Positions 1 through 8,215 of a stretch of DNA of 24,850 bases are shown here, piece by piece. The DNA is from Gemmatimonadales bacterium (GTDB lineage: Bacteria; Gemmatimonadota; Gemmatimonadetes; Gemmatimonadales; GWC2-71-9). Below the pieces are notes generated by a model that searched no databases, had not been told where the DNA came from, and saw nothing but the letters and a program-made list of their open reading frames with translations. Location: contig JAUVRV010000001.1 in NCBI GenBank assembly GCA_030597435.1, positions 1 to 24,850 of the forward strand, given 5' to 3'. Made by a program: the position numbers and the translations under genes. The first letter of the stretch is position 1, and every line of letters begins with the position of its first letter.

Positions 1-1281
1 ATCCTGGCATGCTACACCGCCGGAATGTTTGCGCTGGTTGGCTGGATGATGCGCAAAGCCAAGATCTCGATCCTGATCACGTTTCCCGTTTTGTGGACGG
101 CGATGCAGTGGGCCATTGCACACCAAGGTGATATCCGATTTCCCTGGATGGGGCTCGGCTCTTCCCTGACTCACTACACCACGGTGGTGCAGATCGCCGA
201 CGTGATCGGTGCTCGGGGGCTGACCTTCCTGCTGGTGCTGGCCAACACGGCGTTGGCGTTGGCAATACGCGAGCGGGCCGACCGACCGAGAACGTTGAAG
301 CTGGTGGGTGGTGTGGTTGCCGGATTGATGATGGCTTTGGCGTACGGGGTTGTACGCGAGCGCATGATAGACGCGCGGCCGTTGGGCCGCGTGACAGTTA
401 TCCAGCCCAACGTGCAGTGGTCGGAGAAGAACGACGCGGCTCTGCAGGACTCGATCATGCAGGCGACGCTCGAGTTGTCGCGCGAGGCCGTGCAGCGAAC
501 CGATCCCGAGCTGTTGGTATGGCCGGAATCGGCGGTGCCCAGCTACTTCCACATGTATCCGCACTGGGAGGAGCTGGTCAAAGGCCATGCGATGGAGAGC
601 GGTGTTCCACTCGTAACCGGCGGGGTACACGTGGTGTGGGGAGACACTCCGGACGACTATGAGTATTACAATTCGGCGTTTCTGTTCGACACGACCGGTA
701 CTGGTAGGTATGGATACCGATACCAACCCGACGTAGTGCAGGAATACCCGTACCCCGTCTACCACAAGAGATACCTAGTTCCCATAGTGGAGCGGGTGCC
801 GTTCCTCAATCCACGCTGGTTCAAGCTGCAGTGGTTTGGTGGCTTCGGGATCGGAGATCCTGGGGCGATCTATGAGGTGGACATCGGCAAGTTCGGGATC
901 CTGATCTGCTATGAATCGATCTTCGAGGATCTCTCGCGACGGTTTAGACGTGAGGGAGTGGACTTCATCATCAACATCACCAACGATGCATGGTATGGAG
1001 AGACGGCAGCGCCGCACCAACATGCTGCCCACCTGGTGATGCGTGCGATCGAGAACCGGATCGGGATCGCTCGTGCAGCGAACAGCGGCATATCGGAGTT
1101 CGTGGATCCGTTTGGCAGGGAACACAAGCGAACTGGACTTTCGGTCCGGGCGTACGAGTCGGACATAGTGATGACGACGGACGTCGTCCCGCTCTACACC
1201 CGGCTGGGTGACTGGGTGGGTCTGCTTTCAGTGTTGATGACCTTAGGGCTCGTGGGGTACACGTGGCGACTCAAGACTTGA
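1..1281 (+). CDS. lnt: Apolipoprotein N-acyltransferase, 5'-truncated by the window edge
   Basis: The frame is open from base 1 (ILACYTAG precedes the ORF-track Met at 25). CN-hydrolase catalytic triad contexts are WPESA (E), YHKRYLVP (K) and ICYESIF (C). Also NITNDAWYG, RAIENR and RAANSGIS motifs, with N- and C-terminal TM segments. Confidence 0.95.
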   Translation: MLACYTAGMFALVGWMMRKAKISILITFPVLWTAMQWAIAHQGDIRFPWMGLGSSLTHYTTVVQIADVIGARGLTFLLVLANTALALAIRERADRPRTLKLVGGVVAGLMMALAYGVVRERMIDARPLGRVTVIQPNVQWSEKNDAALQDSIMQATLELSREAVQRTDPELLVWPESAVPSYFHMYPHWEELVKGHAMESGVPLVTGGVHVVWGDTPDDYEYYNSAFLFDTTGTGRYGYRYQPDVVQEYPYPVYHKRYLVPIVERVPFLNPRWFKLQWFGGFGIGDPGAIYEVDIGKFGILICYESIFEDLSRRFRREGVDFIINITNDAWYGETAAPHQHAAHLVMRAIENRIGIARAANSGISEFVDPFGREHKRTGLSVRAYESDIVMTTDVVPLYTRLGDWVGLLSVLMTLGLVGYTWRLKT

Positions 1282-3221
1282 TGCGCTTGGGTGTCGATGT
1301 CGGTGGCACGTTCACCGACATCGTTGCGTTGGGAATAGATGGTACCGTGTCCGTGGGGAAGGTGCGCTCGGCGCCGGGCTCGGTACCACCCGACCTGTGG
1401 ACCGAAGTAGCACAGACATGTACTTCGGGCGGTCGGCAAGACGCACGGCGGCTGCTGGTGCACGGGACCACAGTTGCGACGAATGCTCTGCTGGAGCGTA
1501 CCGGCGGGCGCGTGGTGCTTGCAACCACCGCTGGTTTCGAAGACCTGTTGTGGCTCAGACGCCAGGACCGCGCCGATCTGTACGACCTTTCGGTACATCA
1601 TCCTCCGCCAGTAGTAGACCGCAAAGACGTAATTGGGGTTGCCGAGCGGGCAACACCGAGCGGAGTTGAGCAAGCGCTCACGCCGGAAGAAATCAACCGG
1701 GTGGTCGGGTTGGTGAGGGAGCACGATCCCGATGCGATCGTGGTCTCCTTCCTGTTCAGCTTCCGCTTCCCCGAACACGAACTGCAATTGGCTGCCGCAC
1801 TGCGTGACGCGTATCCCGATATTTCGGTTGTCTCGAGTTACGAAGTGCTGCCGGTGTTCCGCGAATACGAGCGCACTAGCACCGCGGTGGCCGAAGCCTA
1901 CCTGCGTCCCCAAGTGAGCGGGTACATCGAGCGACTCGGCAACGAAGCGACACGAGAAGGGATAGAGGAACTCCGGGTCATGGCTTCCAACGGCGGCACC
2001 ATGAGCGTGGCCCAGGCTCAGGTGCGAGCGGCCGCGCTGGCACTCTCGGGTCCGGCAGGCGGAGTCGAAGGCGCGCGACTCGTCGGCAAAGCCGTCGGAA
2101 TGGACGACCTGTTGACGCTAGACATGGGTGGAACCAGTGCCGACGCGAGCGTGATCCTGGGTGGTGAGCCCCTGGTGCAGACGGCCGCCTCTGTCGGTGG
2201 TCTGGCGTTGTCGTTACCGCAGGTGTTGATCGAAACTGTGGGCGCCGGTGGTGGCAGCATCGCGTGGGTCGACCGCGGTGGCGCTTTACGAGTCGGGCCG
2301 CGTAGCGCGGGTGCGGTGCCGGGGCCAGCCGCGTACGGGCAGGGTGGCACGGAGCCAACGGTAACTGACGCGGCGGTCGTGCTGGGATGGCTGGGACCGG
2401 AACACGCGCTGGCCGGTAAGTTGACACTCGATACAGAGCTGGCCCACAAGGCGGTGGTTAAAATCGCTGTGGCTGCGAACTTGTCCGCCGAACGCTGCGC
2501 GGAGGGCATCATCGAGATCGCAACAGCGGCGATGGTGCGCGCCCTGCGCACGGTGAGTGTCGAACGTGGTGTCGATCCCCGCAGCATGACACTGGTAGCA
2601 TTCGGTGGTGCGGGACCGATGTTCGTGTGCCGCATGGCCGAGAGCCTCGGCATGCGTCGCGCTTTGGTACCACCGCATGCGGGGGTTCTGTCGGCACTCG
2701 GGTTGGCGGCCGCTCCCGAGAAACTGGAGTTCGTCTCGTCGTTGCATCGCCCGGCGCTCGAGTTGGATCAGTCCGACCTCGACCGACTGTTCGGCGATCT
2801 GGAGCGAGACGCTCGAGACGAATTGCCCAACGCCACATTGACACGATTTGCCGACTGCCGTTACGAAGGGCAGGGCTACGAGCTCACGGTGCCGGTCACG
2901 GGAGCCGGATCTGCTATTGCGCAGGCGTTTCACCAGGTGCATGCCGAGCGTTTCGGGCATTCCGACCCAGAACGTACGGTAGAGGTGGTGAACCTGCGGC
3001 TCGTTGCCGCGCGCGGCGGCATCGCGGTTCGGCTGAGCGCGAGCAAGACAGGGAAGAGAACCGAGGTCGCCGGATCCCGTGCCCACTGGGACGCACTAGC
3101 ACCGGGAACGAAACTCGAGGGACCGTTCATGTTGGACAGTCTCGATGCAACGGCCCGCATAGAGGAGGGATGGAGTGGTGAGATACATGCGAGCGGTGCT
3201 GTGATCCTGGAGCGCGTATGA
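1281..3221 (+). CDS. Hydantoinase/oxoprolinase family, A (ATP-binding) subunit
   Basis: Motifs MRLGVDVGGTFTD, HGTTVATNALLER, EYERTST, SGPAGGV, DMGGTSAD, GAGGGSIA, GPRSAGAVPGP..YG.GGTEPTVTDA and FGGAG. The ATG at 1281 overlaps the lnt stop (TGATG) and is preferred over the GTG at 1263. Confidence 0.93.
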   Translation: MRLGVDVGGTFTDIVALGIDGTVSVGKVRSAPGSVPPDLWTEVAQTCTSGGRQDARRLLVHGTTVATNALLERTGGRVVLATTAGFEDLLWLRRQDRADLYDLSVHHPPPVVDRKDVIGVAERATPSGVEQALTPEEINRVVGLVREHDPDAIVVSFLFSFRFPEHELQLAAALRDAYPDISVVSSYEVLPVFREYERTSTAVAEAYLRPQVSGYIERLGNEATREGIEELRVMASNGGTMSVAQAQVRAAALALSGPAGGVEGARLVGKAVGMDDLLTLDMGGTSADASVILGGEPLVQTAASVGGLALSLPQVLIETVGAGGGSIAWVDRGGALRVGPRSAGAVPGPAAYGQGGTEPTVTDAAVVLGWLGPEHALAGKLTLDTELAHKAVVKIAVAANLSAERCAEGIIEIATAAMVRALRTVSVERGVDPRSMTLVAFGGAGPMFVCRMAESLGMRRALVPPHAGVLSALGLAAAPEKLEFVSSLHRPALELDQSDLDRLFGDLERDARDELPNATLTRFADCRYEGQGYELTVPVTGAGSAIAQAFHQVHAERFGHSDPERTVEVVNLRLVAARGGIAVRLSASKTGKRTEVAGSRAHWDALAPGTKLEGPFMLDSLDATARIEEGWSGEIHASGAVILERV

Positions 3222-4744
3222 CACTCGATGCAATCGGCCTGGAGGTGATGGCCCACGCGTTTGCCGGTATAGCCGAGGAGATGGGTGCCCTGTTGGTGGC
3301 GAGTTCGTTCTCGCCCAACGTGAAGGAGCGCCGCGACTCGTCGGCCGCGATCTTCGATGCCAACGGCGAGATGATCGCTCAGGCCGCGCACATTCCGGTG
3401 CATCTGGGAGCTATGCCCGAGGCGGTGGCCGCGGTGATGGCGCTCGATCCCAATCCCAACGACACGTTCATCCTGAACGATCCCTACACCGGCGGCACTC
3501 ACCTACCCGACATCACCATGGTGCACGCCATGGACTTGGCAGGCGATGTGTCGGGATACACGGTTGTAAGGGCACACCATTCCGACGTGGGCGGCTCGCG
3601 CCCGGGCAGCATGCCGCCTCACTCTACTGAGATCTTCCAAGAGGGTTTGATCATCCCCCCGATACGCTGGACCGCTGCCGGCAAGATCCAGGAAGATGTC
3701 GAGCGCTTGCTTTTGGCCAACGTGCGCACGCCTGTCATGCGGCGGGGCGATCTCGCCGCGCAGTTGGCTGCGTGCGAGCGTGGCGCACTGCGCTACCGTG
3801 AGTTGGTGGAGCGGAAGGGCAGGGCATATGTGGAAGCTGCCGTGCGTGATCTGCTCGACTATGCAGAACGTCGCACCGTCGCGTCTGTGAAAGAGCGAGT
3901 CAAGGAGGGACGTTACACTGCTCGAGACTGGATGGAGAGCAACGGAGTCGAGCAGGAAGACGTCACGATCTGCGTAACGGTGGGCGTTGCGGATGGAAGA
4001 TTGCAGTTCGACTTCAGCGAATCCGACCCCGTCGCCCGCGGCAACATCAACTGTCCCCTGTCGGTGACACGCTCGGCCGTGCTGTTCGTGTTGCGCTGTA
4101 TCGTCGATCGGGACATCCCCACCAATGGTGGCGTGCACCGCGTGGTAGACGTAATCGCCCCGGAAGGCCTGGTCGTTAACGCCGGTTGGCCTGCTGCCGT
4201 GGCGTCGGGGAACGTCGAAACCTCACAGCGCATCGCCGATGTGATCACACTCGCACTCGGCAAAGCCACCGATGTGCCGGCGCAAGGGCAGGGCACCATG
4301 AACAACGTGGTAATCGGCAGTGAAGGGTGGACGTACTACGAGACGTTGGGCGGCGGGCAAGGAGCTACGGGCGTTGGTGACGCGCCCTCGGGCGTCCACG
4401 TCGGCATGTCGAACACGCGGAATACCCCGGTAGAGGTCTTCGAGCTGGAACATCCGGTAAGACTGCGTACCTACGCACTGAGAGACGGCAGCGGTGGTAG
4501 CGGCCGTCACCGTGGCGGCGACGGTGTAATACGCGAGTATCAGGCGCTGGAGCCGATGGAGGCGAGCCTCTTGTGCGAGCGCCGTGTGCACGCACCTGTC
4601 GGCGCCGAGGGTGGCGGTGATGGCAAGCCAGGCGTGAATACCGTCAACGGCAAATCAGTCGGCGGGCGGGCCGCGGTGCACCTCGAGCCGGGCGACGTGC
4701 TGCGGGTGGAGACGCCCGGCGGTGGAGGGTGGGGAGAGCCGTAG
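3218..4744 (+). CDS. Hydantoinase B/oxoprolinase family subunit
   Basis: Motifs AHIPVHLGAM, NDPYTGGTHLPD, RAHHSDVGG, GQGTMNN, YYETLGGGQGA and the terminal TPGGGGWG. ATGA overlap with the A subunit. Confidence 0.93.
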   Translation: MTLDAIGLEVMAHAFAGIAEEMGALLVASSFSPNVKERRDSSAAIFDANGEMIAQAAHIPVHLGAMPEAVAAVMALDPNPNDTFILNDPYTGGTHLPDITMVHAMDLAGDVSGYTVVRAHHSDVGGSRPGSMPPHSTEIFQEGLIIPPIRWTAAGKIQEDVERLLLANVRTPVMRRGDLAAQLAACERGALRYRELVERKGRAYVEAAVRDLLDYAERRTVASVKERVKEGRYTARDWMESNGVEQEDVTICVTVGVADGRLQFDFSESDPVARGNINCPLSVTRSAVLFVLRCIVDRDIPTNGGVHRVVDVIAPEGLVVNAGWPAAVASGNVETSQRIADVITLALGKATDVPAQGQGTMNNVVIGSEGWTYYETLGGGQGATGVGDAPSGVHVGMSNTRNTPVEVFELEHPVRLRTYALRDGSGGSGRHRGGDGVIREYQALEPMEASLLCERRVHAPVGAEGGGDGKPGVNTVNGKSVGGRAAVHLEPGDVLRVETPGGGGWGEP

Positions 4745-4792
4745 GATTTGAGATTGATGATTTACAATTTGCGATAGACGATTGCGATTGTC
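4745..4792. repeat. Degenerate 7-bp tandem repeat (GATT-led units)
   Basis: Units GATTTGA GATTGAT GATTTAC AATTTGC GATAGAC GATTGC GATTGTC begin immediately after the hydantoinase B stop codon. Confidence 0.7.
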
Positions 4793-4812
4793 ATGTTCCA
4801 CGACCATGCTAA

Positions 4813-4832
4813 CCCCGGGCGGGAGCCCGGGG
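4813..4832. other. GC-rich hairpin with a GNRA tetraloop (REP-like palindrome or RNA stem-loop)
   Basis: CCCCGGGC-GGGA-GCCCGGGG is a perfect 8-bp stem. No U-tract follows, so it is not called a terminator. Confidence 0.6.
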
Positions 4833-4963
4833 AACCGACAGCCCGCCACGACCCGCTTCCTGGCCGGGCCATGCCGGACGCCACGGTTTGTCACAACACT
4901 TGCGCTTGGCCGCTGCAAAGGTAACCTTTATCGGCTTGTGGTTCCTTCTACAGAGGAGTTCCC

Positions 4964-6541
4964 CTGCGCCATCTTCGCGTTGGAGTTATCGATCTCGTAA
5001 CCAAAGGTCCGAATAAGTCTCTGTACGCACGGGTGATGCACGCCAATCTGGCGAGCATCATGCCACAAATCGTTGCGACCTGGTGCGAGCAGGACGGACA
5101 CGACGTCACATTCATCTGTTACACTGGTCGCGAATCGATCACAGACGAAATCCCCGATGATTGGGATTTGGTGTTCATCAGTGCGTTCACTCAGGCGGCG
5201 CAGCTTTCGTACGCGATCAGTGCACTGTGCCGGGACAGAGGTGCGGTCACCGTCCTCGGCGGCCCCCACGCACGTTGCTACCCGGAGGATTCGGCGAAAT
5301 ACTTCGATTACGTGGTCGGATTTGCCGACGACGGAATCATCAAGGATATCCTGAGCGATTGCTGCGAACATCGGCCGGTCGGGATGCAGCTATCGGCCTC
5401 TTCGCAGCCACAGTTCTTGCCCGGTGTGGAGGAACGGTGGAAGTACGTGGAGCAGACGCTCGAAAAAGCCCCGCTCATCAAGCTCGTGCCGATGATCGGA
5501 AGTCTCGGGTGCCCGTACACATGCAGCTTCTGCATCGATTCTGAAGTGCCATACCAGACGATGGACTTCGAGGTGCTCAGCAACGACCTGCGGTTCCTGC
5601 GGACGAAATACAAGCGCCCGCGAGTCGGATGGCATGATCCCAACTTCGGGGTTCGCTTTAACGACTACATGGACGCGATCGAAGATGCCGTACCGGCTGG
5701 GTCCGTCGACTTCGCTGCCGAGAGCACCCTGTCACTGCTCAAGGAAGACCACCTGAAGCGGCTCCAGCGCAATGGATTCAAGGCGATCCTCCCCGGCATC
5801 GAGTCATGGTACGACCTCGGCCAAAAATCCAAGACCGGAAAATGCCAGGGGCTGGACAAGGTCAAGCAGGTATCGGAGCACATCGCATTGATCCAGGAGT
5901 ACATCCCATACCTTCAGGCCAACTTCGTGCTCGGGTTAGACAGCGACGCCGGACCCGAGCCGTTCGAATTGACAAAGCGGTTCCTTGATCTCTCTCCGGG
6001 CGCGTTCCCCGGATACTCCTTGTTGTCCGCGTTTGGTCGAGCTGCACCGCTCAACCTCGAATACCAGCGGAACGATCGCGTGCTACCGTTCCCCTTCCAC
6101 TTCTTGAACAACAACCACGCGATGAACGTGAAGCCGGCCAACTATGCATGGCCGGAGTTCTACGACCATGTCATCGATTTGACCCGGCATACATTCTCGT
6201 GGCGCGCGATCGGGCGACGCTTCCGCGCCGTTCGAACGGCGATTCCGCGTTGGATGAACGTCGTCCGCGCTGTGTCGTCGGAAGGGTTCGGGCGCCTAAA
6301 ATACTATCGAGAGATCCGTCGCCGGTTGGATGAAGACCTTCCGTTTCGGCGCTATTTTGAGGGTGAGACCACCGATTTGCCTGAGTTCTTCCGCGAGCGA
6401 GTGAAACATGATCTTGGGCCCCTCTGGCATTGGTTGCCAAAGGGAGCATTGTTCCACGATCCCAACGCGTACTTGAACGCCGAGGCGATTCCGGCGGTCA
6501 CACCGCTCACCCTCAAAGCGAGCGCGCCAACGGCGAACTGA
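4964..6541 (+). CDS. Cobalamin (B12)-binding domain radical SAM protein; probable CTG start at 4964 (ORF track start 5033)
   Basis: CxxxCxxC motif (GCPYTCSFC) preceded by a B12-binding-like N-terminal domain with GGPHA. There is an in-frame extension LRHLRVGVIDLVTKGPNKSLYAR, with AGAGGAG at 4952-4958. Confidence 0.85.
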   Translation: MRHLRVGVIDLVTKGPNKSLYARVMHANLASIMPQIVATWCEQDGHDVTFICYTGRESITDEIPDDWDLVFISAFTQAAQLSYAISALCRDRGAVTVLGGPHARCYPEDSAKYFDYVVGFADDGIIKDILSDCCEHRPVGMQLSASSQPQFLPGVEERWKYVEQTLEKAPLIKLVPMIGSLGCPYTCSFCIDSEVPYQTMDFEVLSNDLRFLRTKYKRPRVGWHDPNFGVRFNDYMDAIEDAVPAGSVDFAAESTLSLLKEDHLKRLQRNGFKAILPGIESWYDLGQKSKTGKCQGLDKVKQVSEHIALIQEYIPYLQANFVLGLDSDAGPEPFELTKRFLDLSPGAFPGYSLLSAFGRAAPLNLEYQRNDRVLPFPFHFLNNNHAMNVKPANYAWPEFYDHVIDLTRHTFSWRAIGRRFRAVRTAIPRWMNVVRAVSSEGFGRLKYYREIRRRLDEDLPFRRYFEGETTDLPEFFRERVKHDLGPLWHWLPKGALFHDPNAYLNAEAIPAVTPLTLKASAPTAN

Positions 6542-6558
6542 GGACGCCTGGGTTTCCG

Positions 6559-6687
6559 TCAGGATGCCGTCGCGAATCCGCCCAGCGGCGGATTCGGAGC
6601 CCTCTTGTTAGGCAATGGCGGGTCCACCGCCCCTTTAAGCTCCAGAAGCTCTCCGGAAACCGGGGAATTGATGAGTAGTAGTCGCAT
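6559..6687 (-). CDS. Putative 42-aa small ORF or gene remnant (MRLLLINSPVSGELLELKGAVDPPLPNKRAPNPPLGGFATAS)
   Basis: ATG at 6687 with AGAAGGA 6 nt upstream. It lies in otherwise non-coding space and is below the ORF-track length cut-off. Confidence 0.3.
   Translation of the reverse strand: MRLLLINSPVSGELLELKGAVDPPLPNKRAPNPPLGGFATAS
6573..6596. repeat. Perfect 10-bp inverted repeat (REP-like palindrome or possible terminator stem)
   Basis: CGAATCCGCC-CAGC-GGCGGATTCG lies 32 nt after the radical SAM stop and has no clear U-tract. Confidence 0.55.
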
Positions 6688-6856
6688 TCGCGGTCCTTCT
6701 GAAGGCAACGGTTACTGCAAACACTGCTGATGCCGGAGCAGGGCACTATCGGCGTTGCGGCAGGCGAAGAACCCTAGGTCTGGTACTGTCTCCCGACGTG
6801 GTCCATATTGGCCCCATGTCCCTGCCAACCGACCCATCAAACGGCCCATGGTACCA

Positions 6857-8098
6857 ATGAACTGTTCCGCGACGGCCTCAAGCATCGTCTTAGCACTGCC
6901 CCTACTCGCGGCTACCGCACTATCCTGCGCCGACGGTACGCCCCAGGGATCGGAAGCGACATCACGCGACAGCGCAGGAGTAGTGATCGTTGAGAATACC
7001 GGTTCGATACCCCCGGATGGGGGTACCTGGAGTGTTGCGCCCGAGCCGGACTTGATCATCGGTGCGATTGAAGGCGATTCCAATTACCAGCTGTTCGGCG
7101 TGGCCGGTGCGCACCGGCTTACCGATGGACGGATCGCTGTTGTCAACGCCGGGAGTTGGGAGGTGCGGGTTTACGATCCTCAGGGAACGTTCCTCCGTTC
7201 CTTCGGGCGCCGCGGTGGAGGACCCGAGGAGTTCGGAATGCCGGTCCTGGGAGGAGTGATTAACGACACCCTGGTGGTTGTGGACCGAGGCCAGCATCGC
7301 ATCGCCATGGTTCATCCCGACATGGGCTTTGTCCGGCTCGCCACGGTCGAAGCCGAGGTCGGAGGATACCTCAATCCATCGGGTACCTTCCGCAACGGAC
7401 AGGTAGTCTTCGGTGGTGCGTTCGACATGCGACGCATTGGCGAGTTGCAGGAAGGAATGAACCGGGCTCACACCTTCTACCGCTCCTGCAACCCTGACGG
7501 ATCCTTGGCCACCGACTTCGGAGACAAAGTGGGGGCGGAGTTCTTCATTAGAGACTTGGATGGTGATGGACCGGAGTCGCGGCCTGCGCTCATACCGTTT
7601 GGGAAACGGCCTATGGCTACCGTATCTCCAAGTCAGTTCTATTACGCCACTGGGGATGAGTTCGAGCTCGAGGCATACGATCCCTCCGGGCGACTCGCCC
7701 GCCTGATCCGGCTGGATCGAGATCCAGTCCCTGTCACGGCGCAAGACGGCAGCCGGTACATTGAGGAGATGGCGGCCGCGGCCGCAACAGAGGCCCAGGC
7801 GCGCATGATTCGCCAACGACTGTCCCAGCTGCCGCTCCCAGAGACCTTCCCCGCGTTTGCCAACCTGATGGCAGATGAGCTGGGGTATCTATGGGTTCAG
7901 CAACAGGCTCGTCCCGGCCAGGATGATTCGATCTGGGAGATCTTCAATCCCGCAGGCGTGCTGATGGGAAGAGTGAGTCTACCTCCCCGGGTCGACCCAC
8001 TCGAGATTGGAGCCGACTACCTGCTCGGGCTCCATTGGGACGAGCTGGAGGTGGAGTATCTCCACCTGTACCTACTGGAGCGGCCGTCTGGAGATTAG
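6857..8098 (+). CDS. 6-bladed beta-propeller (TolB-like/NHL-type) protein, probable lipoprotein; start uncertain (6848/6857)
   Basis: A hydrophobic signal ends in ..AATALSC (lipobox-like Cys). It is followed by RDSAGVVIVEN, IG..EG...YQLFGV, RLTDGRI.V.N and YDPQGTFLRSFGRRGGGPEEF propeller blade motifs. Confidence 0.75.
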   Translation: MNCSATASSIVLALPLLAATALSCADGTPQGSEATSRDSAGVVIVENTGSIPPDGGTWSVAPEPDLIIGAIEGDSNYQLFGVAGAHRLTDGRIAVVNAGSWEVRVYDPQGTFLRSFGRRGGGPEEFGMPVLGGVINDTLVVVDRGQHRIAMVHPDMGFVRLATVEAEVGGYLNPSGTFRNGQVVFGGAFDMRRIGELQEGMNRAHTFYRSCNPDGSLATDFGDKVGAEFFIRDLDGDGPESRPALIPFGKRPMATVSPSQFYYATGDEFELEAYDPSGRLARLIRLDRDPVPVTAQDGSRYIEEMAAAAATEAQARMIRQRLSQLPLPETFPAFANLMADELGYLWVQQQARPGQDDSIWEIFNPAGVLMGRVSLPPRVDPLEIGADYLLGLHWDELEVEYLHLYLLERPSGD

Positions 8099-8196
8099 CG
8101 CCAGTCGTTTATGGCTTCGCTATAGGCGGCCTTGTCTTTTCCGTATCTTGCGGTGCGAACCCTCCTGACGCGCCGGCACCGATGTGGGATTCTGTG

Positions 8197-8215
8197 AGCT
8201 GATCTAGCTGATCTA
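8197..8215. repeat. 9-bp perfect tandem duplication overlapping the LysR stop codon
   Basis: AGCTGATCT AGCTGATCT A; the CTA at 8213-8215 is the minus-strand TAG. Confidence 0.7.

Noticed and set aside
4754-4767. FNR-like TTGAT-N4-TACAA
   Set aside because: It falls inside the GATT repeat tract and is explained by it.
4806-4860. Riboswitch (fragments GCTAACCCCG, GGGGAACC and CCGACAGC recall the c-di-AMP/ydaO motif; cobalamin riboswitch also considered)
   Set aside because: The fragments are in the wrong order and the spacing is too short, and no B12-box is visible. An Infernal scan would settle it.
6525-6613. Integron attC site (GTTAGGC / GCCTAAC at 6607-6613)
   Set aside because: There is no matching RYYYAAC/GTTRRRY partner with complementary arms, and no integrase or cassette array.
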